Assembly: GCA_022072175.1 (NCBI GenBank)
Contig: JAJVIE010000003.1
Location: 1,134,483 to 1,198,482, forward strand
DNA length: 64,000 bases
Reading direction: 5' to 3'
Source of the DNA: Candidatus Omnitrophota bacterium
GTDB lineage: Bacteria > Omnitrophota > Gorgyraeia > 2-02-FULL-51-18
Part shown: positions 18,787-29,151 of the stretch, piece by piece
How positions within the stretch are numbered: the first letter of the stretch is position 1
How the letters are laid out: the number at the start of each line of letters is the position of its first letter
Program-made: the position numbers and the translations under genes
The notes under the pieces: model-generated
The model's input: the letters and a program-made list of their open reading frames with translations, nothing else
The model's database searches: none
What the model was told of the DNA's origin: nothing

Positions 18787-21416
18787 GCTCCGGCGGTCTG
18801 TGTCCGGCGGCTCACGGACCGTTCATCGGCCGTCGCGTAGGCCCCGAGCCAGGCGTACACCGTATCGCCGTCCCGGCGGGCCCAGCGCGAGGTGCTGCGC
18901 GCGGTCTCGATGGCCTGCTTGACCGACCGTTCGGTCCCGCGCACCGGATGTTGTCTGAGGAAAGCCTCGGCCGCCGAGATCTCGGAAGGATCGACGAACG
19001 ACGAGACCGCTCCTTCGATGATGCGCGACAGGAGCCCGACGTTGCCGCCTCCGAAGCGGCGCGACAACTCCGCCCATCGGGAGCGGATGAACTCCCAAGC
19101 GATCGCGCGACCGCGCGGATTGACGCCGAACCCGGACAGCACGATGAACGTATCCTGCTTGCGGACGTCCGCCGACAACGCCAGCTTGAGCGAAGCCCTG
19201 ACGGCGGAGACCTCGCGTGTGCGCGTGAGCGCCCGCAGGATGCGGACCTTCTCCTCCTGCAGGTCCGAAGCGCGATAGAGCTCCACCAACCTTTCGTGTT
19301 CGGCCTGACCGCCGGTCTCCGAGACGATGCCGTAAACGGTGGTCCGCAGGGTCGGGTCGATCGGCCTGCCTTTGAGGTGGCCCGCGAAACGTTCACGTGC
19401 TTCGGCGACGGTCCCCGCGTCGGCGTAGTGCCCCATGCGGGACAACAGCAGGGGTCTCAGCATCAAGGACAGATGGTCGTCCGAAGGGGATGCCGACCAG
19501 CCCATCCGCGCGGAGGCGGGCCCGAACAGGGTCCGGGCGAAGTTGGCCAGACGATGCTCGGCCAGCCCCTGCCCCTCGATCAGGCTCTCGATCTCGCCGA
19601 GGATCCCCGCGAGCGTCAGCCACACGTTGTAGTCGAGTTGACGGGCGCACGAACCGACCAGATCGAGCAAGAGCGTCACCGGCAGACGTCCGGCTCGACA
19701 GAGCGCGGCCGCATCATCGAGCACGCCCAGCATGTCGATCGCCTCAAGCCGGCCCGACCGAAGCGCCTCGGAGAGCGGCCCGAGCAGTTCCTCGGCGTAC
19801 CGGACCCGGTAGAACCCGCTTTGTCCGGGATTGACTTTGATCCAGCCGGGAGCGGTCTTGAAGGCGATCGTGCCGGTGGTGGCGTCGAGCAGCGTCGCGA
19901 CCTCACCCTGCCGCTCGGTCCTCACGGCGACCGGCACGCTCCAGGAAAGACCGCGGGCATCGGAGCCCCCGTCGAAGATGAAGCGCGACTGGCGCAGGTC
20001 CAGTCCGCGGCCGCGCGACCCTTCCGTCTCGGCGACCTCCACGACCGGAAATCCCTCCTGCCGGGTATAGGCGGCCATGAGCCGGCGGACCGGCTTTCCG
20101 GAGACCTGCTCGAGCACCGACCAGAGGTCGACCGTGCGCGCGTTGCCATAGGCGTACTTCTTGAGATAGACGTTGAGGCCCTTGCGCAGGACCGGCTCGC
20201 TCAGATAGTGCTCGAGCATGCGATTGACCGATGCGCCCTTGCTGTAGGTGATACCGTCGAAGATCTCGCGGATCTCATGGGGATTCTTCACGTCGATCTC
20301 GATCGGGTGGGTGTTGCGCAGCGCGTCGTCCCGCAGGGCTCCGAGATACTCGGTGGCGATGAACTGGCCCCAGATGTCCCACTCGGGGAACTGGTCGTGA
20401 ACGGCCTTGGGCCCCATGTACGAGGCGAAACCTTCGTTGAGCCACAGGTCGGTCCACCACTCCATGGTGACAAGATTGCCGAACCACTGGTGGGCCAGCT
20501 CATGGTCGATGACCTCGGCGACGCGCTGGCGGGCCTGCACGGAGGAGTTGTCCGGGTCCACCAGGAGAGCGGTCTCGCGATAGGTGACGAGTCCCCAGTT
20601 CTCCATCGCGCCCGAGGCGAAGTCGGGCAGGGCCACCATGTCCATCTTGGGCAGGGAGTAAGGGATGCCGAACCAGTCCGCGAAGTACGTGAGCGCGTGC
20701 TTGCCGACCTCGAGGGCGAAGCGGGCCTGCTTCTCTTTGCCCGGCGTGGTGTAGATGCGGATCGGCACGCCGTTCTTGTCCCGCCCGGCCACGTACACGA
20801 GATCGGCGACGACGAAACAGACCAGGTAGGTGGGCATCACCGGAGTGGTCCGATAACTGACCGCCTTGAGCTCCCCCGAGACGCGCTGGGACTTGACCGG
20901 CATGTTGGAGAGCGCGGTCAGCTGCTTGGGCACGCGGAGCGTGATGTCGAACGTCGCCTTGAGGTCCGGCTCGTCCCAGCACGGGAAACAGCGCCGGGCG
21001 TCGGTGGCCTCGAACTGCGTGGCCGCCCCCCAGCGCGTGGCGCCGTCGACGGTGTAGCGGGTGCGGTAGAAGCCGTGCATCTTGTCGTTGAGCTCGCCGG
21101 TGTACTCGAGAGCAAGCTCCCGCGCCTCCGACGGGCGCACGGTCCTCGGGAACACGAGCGTGACCGTCTCTTTGTCCTTATCGAAAGCGATGCGGGACGC
21201 TTTGAGCGGTCCCGAGGCGGTCGACAGTTCCGCCCGCTGGATCCGCAGGTCGAGCGCATGGAGCGTGATCGATCCGAAGGCCGATGCCGCTTTGATGCGG
21301 ACCGACTGACGGCCTTTGAACGCGAAGTTCGCGATATCGACGGTCAGATCGATCGCGTAGTGGACGGGAGTGACGGTGCGCTCGAGACGATAGGGGTTGG
21401 TCGCGGTCTTGGGCAT
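18783..21416 (-). CDS. pepN: Aminopeptidase N (M1 family)
   Basis: GAMEN exopeptidase motif and HELAHQWFGNLVT...E zinc site. 877 aa. Confidence 0.9.
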   Translation of the reverse strand: MPKTATNPYRLERTVTPVHYAIDLTVDIANFAFKGRQSVRIKAASAFGSITLHALDLRIQRAELSTASGPLKASRIAFDKDKETVTLVFPRTVRPSEARELALEYTGELNDKMHGFYRTRYTVDGATRWGAATQFEATDARRCFPCWDEPDLKATFDITLRVPKQLTALSNMPVKSQRVSGELKAVSYRTTPVMPTYLVCFVVADLVYVAGRDKNGVPIRIYTTPGKEKQARFALEVGKHALTYFADWFGIPYSLPKMDMVALPDFASGAMENWGLVTYRETALLVDPDNSSVQARQRVAEVIDHELAHQWFGNLVTMEWWTDLWLNEGFASYMGPKAVHDQFPEWDIWGQFIATEYLGALRDDALRNTHPIEIDVKNPHEIREIFDGITYSKGASVNRMLEHYLSEPVLRKGLNVYLKKYAYGNARTVDLWSVLEQVSGKPVRRLMAAYTRQEGFPVVEVAETEGSRGRGLDLRQSRFIFDGGSDARGLSWSVPVAVRTERQGEVATLLDATTGTIAFKTAPGWIKVNPGQSGFYRVRYAEELLGPLSEALRSGRLEAIDMLGVLDDAAALCRAGRLPVTLLLDLVGSCARQLDYNVWLTLAGILGEIESLIEGQGLAEHRLANFARTLFGPASARMGWSASPSDDHLSLMLRPLLLSRMGHYADAGTVAEARERFAGHLKGRPIDPTLRTTVYGIVSETGGQAEHERLVELYRASDLQEEKVRILRALTRTREVSAVRASLKLALSADVRKQDTFIVLSGFGVNPRGRAIAWEFIRSRWAELSRRFGGGNVGLLSRIIEGAVSSFVDPSEISAAEAFLRQHPVRGTERSVKQAIETARSTSRWARRDGDTVYAWLGAYATADERSVSRRTQTAGA

Positions 21417-21450
21417 GAGCTCTCCTTGGAAGTGTCGTGGAGTATTCTAG

Positions 21451-21487
21451 AGAAAAGCCCGTCAAAAGGGAACGATTAACGGGCTAA
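21451..21487 (-). terminator. Candidate terminator hairpin at the 3' end of the DksA-like gene
   Basis: Minus strand reads AGCCCGT-N16-ACGGGCT followed by TTTTCTCT. The stem includes the stop codon. Confidence 0.45.
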
Positions 21488-21843
21488 CGGCCGGCTCGGG
21501 ACTCCGCGCGGCCCTGACAAGCGACGCAGTTGGCGGCCCACGGCACGGCCAGCAGGCGCTCATCGGGAATGCGTCCACCGCAGGTCCCGCAGGATCCGTA
21601 GCGGCCGGTGCGGAGCCGCTCGAGCGCCTCGGTCACGAGCCTCAACTCGCGGGCCTCGTGCTCTTCCTCCGCTTCCCTCAGTTCGATCTCCTCCTTGACC
21701 GGCGCGGCCTCCTCGGAGTCGGCGGGCAGGAGCTCCGAGGTTTCGCGTTCCCGGTCGTCGAGCTCGCGACCGAGCTCGCTCAGCTTGGCTTTCAGGAGCT
21801 TCTCAAGACGCGCGGCGAGGGCCGGGTCCGGTCGTGTGTCCAT
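21484..21843 (-). CDS. DksA/TraR-family C4 zinc-finger protein
   Basis: Coiled-coil N-terminus and C-terminal CGTCGGRIP...CVACQ four-Cys finger. Start is Met60 (MDTRPD) of the track ORF. Confidence 0.7.
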   Translation of the reverse strand: MDTRPDPALAARLEKLLKAKLSELGRELDDRERETSELLPADSEEAAPVKEEIELREAEEEHEARELRLVTEALERLRTGRYGSCGTCGGRIPDERLLAVPWAANCVACQGRAESRAGR

Positions 21844-21887
21844 GGCTGATCCCTCCGCATCGATTATACGCCCGCCGCCGCCCGCGG

Positions 21888-21926
21888 CCAAAAAAGAACA
21901 ACCCGGACGCCCGAGCGTCCGGGCTC
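21888..21926 (-). terminator. Strong Rho-independent terminator on the minus strand
   Basis: Minus strand reads CCCGGACGCtcgggGCGTCCGGG followed by TTGTTCTTTTTTGG. It lies between the promoter of the small plus-strand gene and the DksA-like gene, so it would stop read-through from the sensor operon. Confidence 0.6.
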
Positions 21927-22032
21927 CGTCCCCAAAGGGGGGTTCGAGGACGGATCGCAGCTTGTGCCCCGCGGCGGACCGTCGGGCGGTCCGGCGCTGA
22001 GCTATGTTATAATCTTGCATCCGGAGGCTTCG

Positions 22033-22329
22033 ATGCCGCAGAAGAACAGGGCCCCATCACCGTACGACAAGAACCTCGACTACGGCGAACTGCGTTTCCG
22101 GATGTCCACCTCCTACCCGACCTCCGCTCTCGAGTCCCTGCAGGACATCGTCTACGAGGCCGTCTGCATGCGCGACGGCGGTGTCCTGCGCGAGATCTCC
22201 GAGGGCGACATCGTCCAGCACTACGAGTGCCCCAAGTGCAAGAGCCAGATCGCGTACGCCGACATGCAGACGCTGGAACTGCGCGCGATCACGGACTACC
22301 GCGCCTGGCTCAAGAAGTGCTTTTTTTGA
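22033..22329 (+). CDS. Hypothetical small protein (98 aa)
   Basis: Strong signals upstream: gtTATAATc (about 22007-22013) and GGAGG 7 nt upstream of ATG 22033. Contains ECPKCK. No family recognised. Confidence 0.5.
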   Translation: MPQKNRAPSPYDKNLDYGELRFRMSTSYPTSALESLQDIVYEAVCMRDGGVLREISEGDIVQHYECPKCKSQIAYADMQTLELRAITDYRAWLKKCFF

Positions 22330-23904
22330 TCAGAACTCCAGCCGCCGGATCTTCTCGACGGCCTTCGCGTCGTCCTTGAAAAGTTCCTCCAACTTGCCCC
22401 TCACCGACTCCAGGACCTCCTGACGGGCCCTGCGCATCGCATCGGCCCAGGACAACTGGTCCTTGGGATGGCGCAGGATCAACTGCACGCCCGCGATCCG
22501 GCCGTCATGACGGACGGCGCTCGGGTACGCCTCGAGGGGGATCCGCACACCGTCCTCCGCGGCCAGCTCGAACGGGATCGCCGGCTCCTCCATCCCCTGC
22601 ATGACGTTACGGATCATCTGCAGCATCCGCGGTACGGTCGCCGGCGCCAGGAACGTCGACATCACGAAGATGCGGCCGCTGAGCGTCCGGCCCTCGCATC
22701 CGAGAAGGCGCTCGGCGGAAGGATTGACCATCGAGAAGCGGCCGTACTCATCCAGCACGACCACCGCTTCGGGCATCTCGCGGTAGAGGCCGCTCAGATG
22801 CTCGCGCGCCTCCTTGAGCGCCCTCTCGGCGCTGCGCAGGGCGGTCACGTCCCGCAACACCAGCACGCGGGCGACCAGACGGCCCAGACTGTCACGGATC
22901 ACCGACTCCTTCACGGACAGGTCCCGCTCGCGGCCGTCGGCCAGCTCGTGGCGCACCTCGATGTGCTCTCCCGCGACAGTGGTCTCGACCGGCTTCTCCA
23001 GCACGGGCGCCACCAGGGCGAGCGCCGAGCCGATCAGTTCCATCCGGTCCATTTTGAACAGATCGCAACAGGCGTCGTTGGCCAACCGCACGATACCCTC
23101 GGTATCGGACACGAGCACGGCCTCGCTCATGGTGCCGATGATGCTCTCGGCGGCGAACGAGGGCGTGATGTCCACCAGCCGGTAGCGCGTGACCGCGACG
23201 GCCGAGACGAGGGCGAAAACGAAGATACAAGCGTATCCGAACGGATAGACGGGCAGACCGAACTTGGCCAGATAGTCCACCATCGCCACGTCCGCGATGA
23301 GGAACGCCGCCAACAGACAGCGGATACGGGACCGGTGCACACTGGGCTGGGAACGCCGGGACTCGCGGACGAACAGCATCAGACTGACGACCATCACAGC
23401 GCCGAAGAAGAGCAGGAACGGCAGAGCCCCCGCCGCGTACTCCGGATAATACCCGTACGGTCTCAGGCTGACCCCCGAGAGGATGAGCTTGGAGAAGATC
23501 GCCACCGGAGCGAAAGCCGCGGCGGCGAAGAACGCCGCCAGCACCTTGCGCCGGTGCGCCTGATAGTGCCCCAGGACCCTGAGCGTGAAGTGCAGCACCG
23601 CCGCCGGAATGAAGGGTACACCCAGGTACTCGGCGCGCGCCCACACGTGAGCGACGGCCTGGCGCTCCGAGCAGAGCATCATGCCGAAAGCGAACAGCCA
23701 TATCGCCGCGGGCAGGGTCATCAGGAAGAACGCGACGCTGACCGCCGAATGCCTCTCTCTGAGCAGCACATAGATGCCCAGGATCAGGGTCGCGGCCAGC
23801 GTGAAGAAGACCGGAAGCGCGTGCGGGTTGGCGGTGTAGCAGGTGACGTCGGCGACGTCCTTGAGGACCGGGTACAGCAATGAGAAGTTCTGCACGTAGA
23901 ACAC
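22330..23904 (-). CDS. Membrane sensor: N-terminal 7-TM domain (7TMR-DISM-like), two PAS domains, no output domain
   Basis: About 240 aa with 7 hydrophobic helices, then two PAS-like segments (..GIVRLANDACCDLF.., ..AVVVLDEYGRFSMVNPSAERLLG..). No kinase, GGDEF, EAL or HTH. A GTG start at 23902-23904 avoids overlap with the upstream gene. The first ATG is at 23970. Confidence 0.7.
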   Translation of the reverse strand: MFYVQNFSLLYPVLKDVADVTCYTANPHALPVFFTLAATLILGIYVLLRERHSAVSVAFFLMTLPAAIWLFAFGMMLCSERQAVAHVWARAEYLGVPFIPAAVLHFTLRVLGHYQAHRRKVLAAFFAAAAFAPVAIFSKLILSGVSLRPYGYYPEYAAGALPFLLFFGAVMVVSLMLFVRESRRSQPSVHRSRIRCLLAAFLIADVAMVDYLAKFGLPVYPFGYACIFVFALVSAVAVTRYRLVDITPSFAAESIIGTMSEAVLVSDTEGIVRLANDACCDLFKMDRMELIGSALALVAPVLEKPVETTVAGEHIEVRHELADGRERDLSVKESVIRDSLGRLVARVLVLRDVTALRSAERALKEAREHLSGLYREMPEAVVVLDEYGRFSMVNPSAERLLGCEGRTLSGRIFVMSTFLAPATVPRMLQMIRNVMQGMEEPAIPFELAAEDGVRIPLEAYPSAVRHDGRIAGVQLILRHPKDQLSWADAMRRARQEVLESVRGKLEELFKDDAKAVEKIRRLEF

Positions 23905-23905
23905 G

Positions 23906-24115
23906 TCAGCCCCCGCAGCAGCCGTCGCGCAGGCGCTGGCGCGGAGGACAATAAGCGTCCGAGTAGGCACAGAACACGCAACACTCGCCGCTCTTGGCGA
24001 TGATCGGCGAGGCGCAGGACGGACAGACGCACTCGACGGGGCTGTAACCCTCCGGCATGGCCTCCCGCGTGGTGTGTCCGCACGCCGGACAGGTCAGCGT
24101 CGCGGTGAGGATCAT
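23906..24115 (-). CDS. Cysteine-rich mini-protein (69 aa, 10 Cys), GDCCVxC-like
   Basis: MILTATLTCPACGH...CVCPSCASP...SGECCVFCAYSDAYC...DGCCGG. ATGA overlap with the BTLCP gene stop. The GECCVFC core resembles the GDCCVxC small-protein family. This is a family resemblance I recalled, not one I verified. Confidence 0.55.
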   Translation of the reverse strand: MILTATLTCPACGHTTREAMPEGYSPVECVCPSCASPIIAKSGECCVFCAYSDAYCPPRQRLRDGCCGG

Positions 24116-24684
24116 GACGTCGCGCCTTTGCGGCGCGTATAGCGCTGCGAATACTTCGTCAACCCCGAGTAGCGGTTGACGGACAGAAGTTCGCGCGTGA
24201 ACGTCTTGAAGTCGGATTGTTCGGTGATCACGAATCGGTCATTGTCCGTATACCCCCAGTACAACGTACCCCCGATGTCATAGCTGAAGATGCAGATCGC
24301 GTGCGACGCGGCCCAACGCTCCACCACGTAGATGTCCGCGCGGTGGCCGAGCACGCGCAGGACCGCGCGGTTGAGGATCGCGTAATCCTCGCAATCGCCC
24401 GACCCTCTCTTCAGCGTCACGATCGGTGAGCTCCAGTCATCTCCGTTCAGGTCCTTGTTGTAGCGGATATTCTCCGACAGCCACTGGCGCCACGCATAGA
24501 TGTCGCGGATGTTCCTGGAGTCGAGAAAATCCGCGATCAGACGATCCGCCCCGTCATGGACCTTGTATCCGGCCTGCCGGAGCAGGCCGGCCTGAGCGTC
24601 CATCGCCATGAACGCACCGGCCAGCGCGAGCGCCGCCAACACCGGAGCTCGCCGGACTTTCCTTATATAGCCTCTACGGAACAC
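24112..24684 (-). CDS. Bacterial transglutaminase-like cysteine proteinase (BTLCP / LapG-like)
   Basis: Signal peptide. GDCEDYA catalytic-Cys motif with downstream His/Asp (HAICIF...D). About 190 aa. Confidence 0.8.
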   Translation of the reverse strand: MFRRGYIRKVRRAPVLAALALAGAFMAMDAQAGLLRQAGYKVHDGADRLIADFLDSRNIRDIYAWRQWLSENIRYNKDLNGDDWSSPIVTLKRGSGDCEDYAILNRAVLRVLGHRADIYVVERWAASHAICIFSYDIGGTLYWGYTDNDRFVITEQSDFKTFTRELLSVNRYSGLTKYSQRYTRRKGATS

Positions 24685-24851
24685 GCCTTGGACTCCGGTT
24701 TCAAGTTGCCCAAAGTATAGTTAACAGGATTGAGTTTTACAATCTATCGCTAGGTTTTGCTTAAATAATATAATTAAAAATAAAGACGGATACGCGCGCA
24801 TTCGTTTTCAGACTTGAGCGGGTCAAGTACAGTGTTTATACTGTTGGTCTT

Positions 24852-26254
<1,403 letters not shown>

Positions 26255-26258
<4 letters not shown>

Positions 26259-26905
26259 ACCCGTTCACCGCTCACCGCGGCAAGGTCGTCACGCTGGACC
26301 GCGCCAACGTCGACACCGACCAGATCATCGCCAAGCAGTTCCTCAAGTCCATCTCACGGACGGGCTTCGGTCCTCACCTGTTCCATGACTGGCGATACCT
26401 GGCCGACGGCAGGCCCGACCCGTCGTTCCCGCTCAACCTTCCCCGCTTCAAGGACGCCAGCATCCTCGTGACGCGCGACAACTTCGGGTGCGGTTCCAGC
26501 CGCGAGCATGCCGTTTGGGCGATCCAGCAGTACGGTTTTCGTGTCGTGATCGCGCCTTGGCGCCAGAACCCCGGAGGCCGCATCCCGGCCTTCGCCGACA
26601 TCTTCCGCAACAACAGCTTCAAGAACGCGCTCCTGACCGTGGAGCTGGCCCCGGAGCAGGTGGACCGGATCTTCCAATGCACCCGGGACATCGCGGGCCT
26701 CGAGCTGACCGCCGACCTCGTCGGCCAGCGCATCGTTGTCCACGCCCCGACCGAAGAGTCGTATCCGTTCGAGATCGACGCGACCGTCAAGGAACGGCTG
26801 GTCAAAGGTCTCGACGACATCGGCCTGACCCTGCAGCATACCGCGGCGATCGACGCGTTCGAGGGCCGGCACGATACCCATCTACCCGCTCCCGCGCGCC
26901 GCTAG
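26255..26905 (+). CDS. leuD: 3-isopropylmalate dehydratase small subunit
   Basis: Starts at [11 protein letters not shown], an ATGA overlap with leuC. 216 aa. Confidence 0.95.
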
Positions 26906-26935
26906 ACGGCACGACGGGGTCCGGAGACCTTCCTC

Positions 26936-27346
26936 ATGACCCGCATGGACATCTTGTACGAAGGCGACCTGCACTGCCGTCTGACGCACGGCCCTTCGGG
27001 AGCGATCGTGCAGACCGACGCTCCCAAGGACAACATGGGCAAGGGTGAGGCTTTCTCGCCCACCGATCTGACGGCGGTGTCCCTCGGGGCCTGCATGTTG
27101 ACGGTCATGGGGATCCACGCCCGCAAGCGCGGCCTTGAGCTTCAAGGGGCGGTGGCCCAGGTGACCAAAGAGATGATCCCGGCGCCGGACCGGAGGATCG
27201 GAGCGATCACGGTAAGTCTTGCGATGCCGGCCGGCATCCCGCCCGGGGAGCGCGCCGGACTTGAGGAGGCGGGTCACACCTGTCCCGTCCGCAAGAGTCT
27301 TTCGGATCGGGTGAAAGTGAGCGTCTCTTTTGTCTATCCGGACTGA
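26936..27346 (+). CDS. OsmC/Ohr-family peroxiredoxin-like protein
   Basis: 136 aa with the OsmC-fold pattern (..GEAFSPTDLTAVSLGACMLT.. and the C-terminal ..GHTCPV.. Cys). Confidence 0.85.
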   Translation: MTRMDILYEGDLHCRLTHGPSGAIVQTDAPKDNMGKGEAFSPTDLTAVSLGACMLTVMGIHARKRGLELQGAVAQVTKEMIPAPDRRIGAITVSLAMPAGIPPGERAGLEEAGHTCPVRKSLSDRVKVSVSFVYPD

Positions 27347-27356
27347 GCTCCGGTCC

Positions 27357-28727
27357 TCAGGTGCGGTTGCCGACGCGCAACACACCCTGAGCCAGCACGG
27401 CCGCGATCTCGTCCCTGCGGTTCCATAAAAAGCCCCACCCGGAAGGTCTCAGGAGCATCCCGGCCGTATGGAGCGGCGTCAGCTTGTTGTCGTACAGGTC
27501 CCCCGCCAACAGCATGCGCCGGACGGCCCTGGTGTCCGGGTCGAGCACCGCGAAATCCGCTCCGACGAACAGCGCGTCGGTCCCGTACGGTTTCGAACAC
27601 CAGTCCGAGAGCGTCGCTGAATACGCGGCGATATGCGCTTCCTCGCCGGGCCAGACCCTCGCGCGCGCGGCACCCAGATCGATGGCGATGACCTTCCCCA
27701 GGTCCGGCACGCGCACGCGCAGGAGCGGCGCGATCCCGCTGAACGGCCCCAAGTGCTGGCGCAGATGCCTCAGGTAAGCGTCGAGTTCGAGCTGTAGCCG
27801 ATCGAACGGAACGCTGGGACCCCGGGGTTTGAGCGTGGGCCGGGATTCCTCGAGCGACGGCTCCAACCGCTTGATACGGGGTCGATCCGCTCCCCCACCG
27901 AGATCGCAGACATCGCCAAAACCCAGTCGAAGCACGCGCGGGTCCAGACGCTCCAGGTCCGCGGCAGTGAGCATCGCGCTGTTCTGGTCCTGTGAATCGG
28001 ACGAAAGGTAGCGATGCATCGACGCGAAAGGCACCACCCAACGCGGACGCAGCGCATCAAGGATGCGCAGGAAGCGCGCCGACAGCGCCTCTTTGATCCG
28101 GTCCGGGGGCGCCACATCGAGGAGCTTGTAGGCGTGATTGAAGTTCGTGAAGAGCACGTCCACCGGGCCGGTCCGTCGAGCCAGTTGGCGGATCGCTCCC
28201 ACCGGAAGGTTGCAGTCATTGAAATTGAGCAGGCGCGCGGACGGGGTCTCCATCACCAGGCAATTGTCGATGCCCGTACAAGGATGTCTGCGGATGGACA
28301 GCTCCCCTCCGAGCTTCTCCCACCGCAGCTCACCGAAGGGCCTGACGTCCTTGAACCCGGCGGCCCTGAGCGGCGTCACCATCTCGAAGTTCGCGGACAC
28401 GTTGGCATGGACGCGCAGGTCCGGCCGCAGAGCGGCCAGCTTGCGCAGTGTCGGGATGTGCAGGTGATCCCCGTGATAGTGGGAGATCCACAGGTCCGTC
28501 GCGGTGGCCGCTTCAGTGTAGGCGCCGGGGTTGTCATAACGCAATCCCCACCCGCCCTTGAAACAGGTCCCTTCGTACCACGGGTCGGACAATAGCCGCA
28601 CGGCCCCTGCCGTCAGCAGGATCGAGGCGTGATTGATCAGCTCGAACGAGAGCTCACTCACCCGAGAAGTCGAGCGCGCCCGAGTTGATGCAGTATCGGA
28701 GCCCCGTCGGGCGGGGGCCATCGTCAA
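27357..28727 (-). CDS. MBL-fold metallo-hydrolase
   Basis: HYHGDH (HxHxDH) metal motif. Start uncertain because the N-terminal ~25 codons overlap the msrB 3' end. Alternative starts lie near 28661. Confidence 0.7.
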   Translation of the reverse strand: MTMAPARRGSDTASTRARSTSRVSELSFELINHASILLTAGAVRLLSDPWYEGTCFKGGWGLRYDNPGAYTEAATATDLWISHYHGDHLHIPTLRKLAALRPDLRVHANVSANFEMVTPLRAAGFKDVRPFGELRWEKLGGELSIRRHPCTGIDNCLVMETPSARLLNFNDCNLPVGAIRQLARRTGPVDVLFTNFNHAYKLLDVAPPDRIKEALSARFLRILDALRPRWVVPFASMHRYLSSDSQDQNSAMLTAADLERLDPRVLRLGFGDVCDLGGGADRPRIKRLEPSLEESRPTLKPRGPSVPFDRLQLELDAYLRHLRQHLGPFSGIAPLLRVRVPDLGKVIAIDLGAARARVWPGEEAHIAAYSATLSDWCSKPYGTDALFVGADFAVLDPDTRAVRRMLLAGDLYDNKLTPLHTAGMLLRPSGWGFLWNRRDEIAAVLAQGVLRVGNRT

Positions 28728-29151
28728 AAACGTGACCCAAGTGCGCGCCGCAGCGCGAACACAGGACCTCCGTGCGCTTCATGAAGTGACTGTTGTCCTC
28801 CTCGGTCTTGACCTTGGAGGCATCCGCCGGCTCCCAGAAGCTCGGCCACCCCGAACCGGAATCGTACTTGGCCGAGGACCCGAAGAGCTCCTGTCCGCAA
28901 GCCGCGCAGAGATATTTGCCCTTCTCCTTGTGGTTCCAGTACTTGCCCGTGAACGGCGCCTCGGTGCCCTTGAGCCGGCAGATCTGGTATTGTTCCGGAG
29001 TGAGTTTCTTTTTCCAATCCGCGTCGTTCATACCGGACGGGTCCATCGGCACATCCTCCTTTCGGGATCCTTCGGCCATCGCCGAGACCGTACCGGCGAC
29101 GAGCCCTCCACACACCATGACGACCCACACCAGCGATGATCGGCCGCTCAC
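28654..29151 (-). CDS. msrB: Peptide-methionine (R)-S-oxide reductase MsrB, exported
   Basis: GWPSF and RYCINS motifs, CxxC x2 zinc site, preceded by a signal peptide ([20 protein letters not shown]). Confidence 0.9.
   Translation of the reverse strand: MSGRSSLVWVVMVCGGLVAGTVSAMAEGSRKEDVPMDPSGMNDADWKKKLTPEQYQICRLKGTEAPFTGKYWNHKEKGKYLCAACGQELFGSSAKYDSGSGWPSFWEPADASKVKTEEDNSHFMKRTEVLCSRCGAHLGHVFDDGPRPTGLRYCINSGALDFSGE

Noticed and set aside
18948-21479. 843-aa plus-strand ORF antisense to pepN
   Set aside because: pepN on the minus strand has GAMEN and HEXXH...E motifs. The antisense frame has none.
22468-23883. 471-aa plus-strand ORF antisense to the 7TM-PAS sensor
   Set aside because: No signal or domain features. 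The sensor frame has clear TM helices and PAS motifs.
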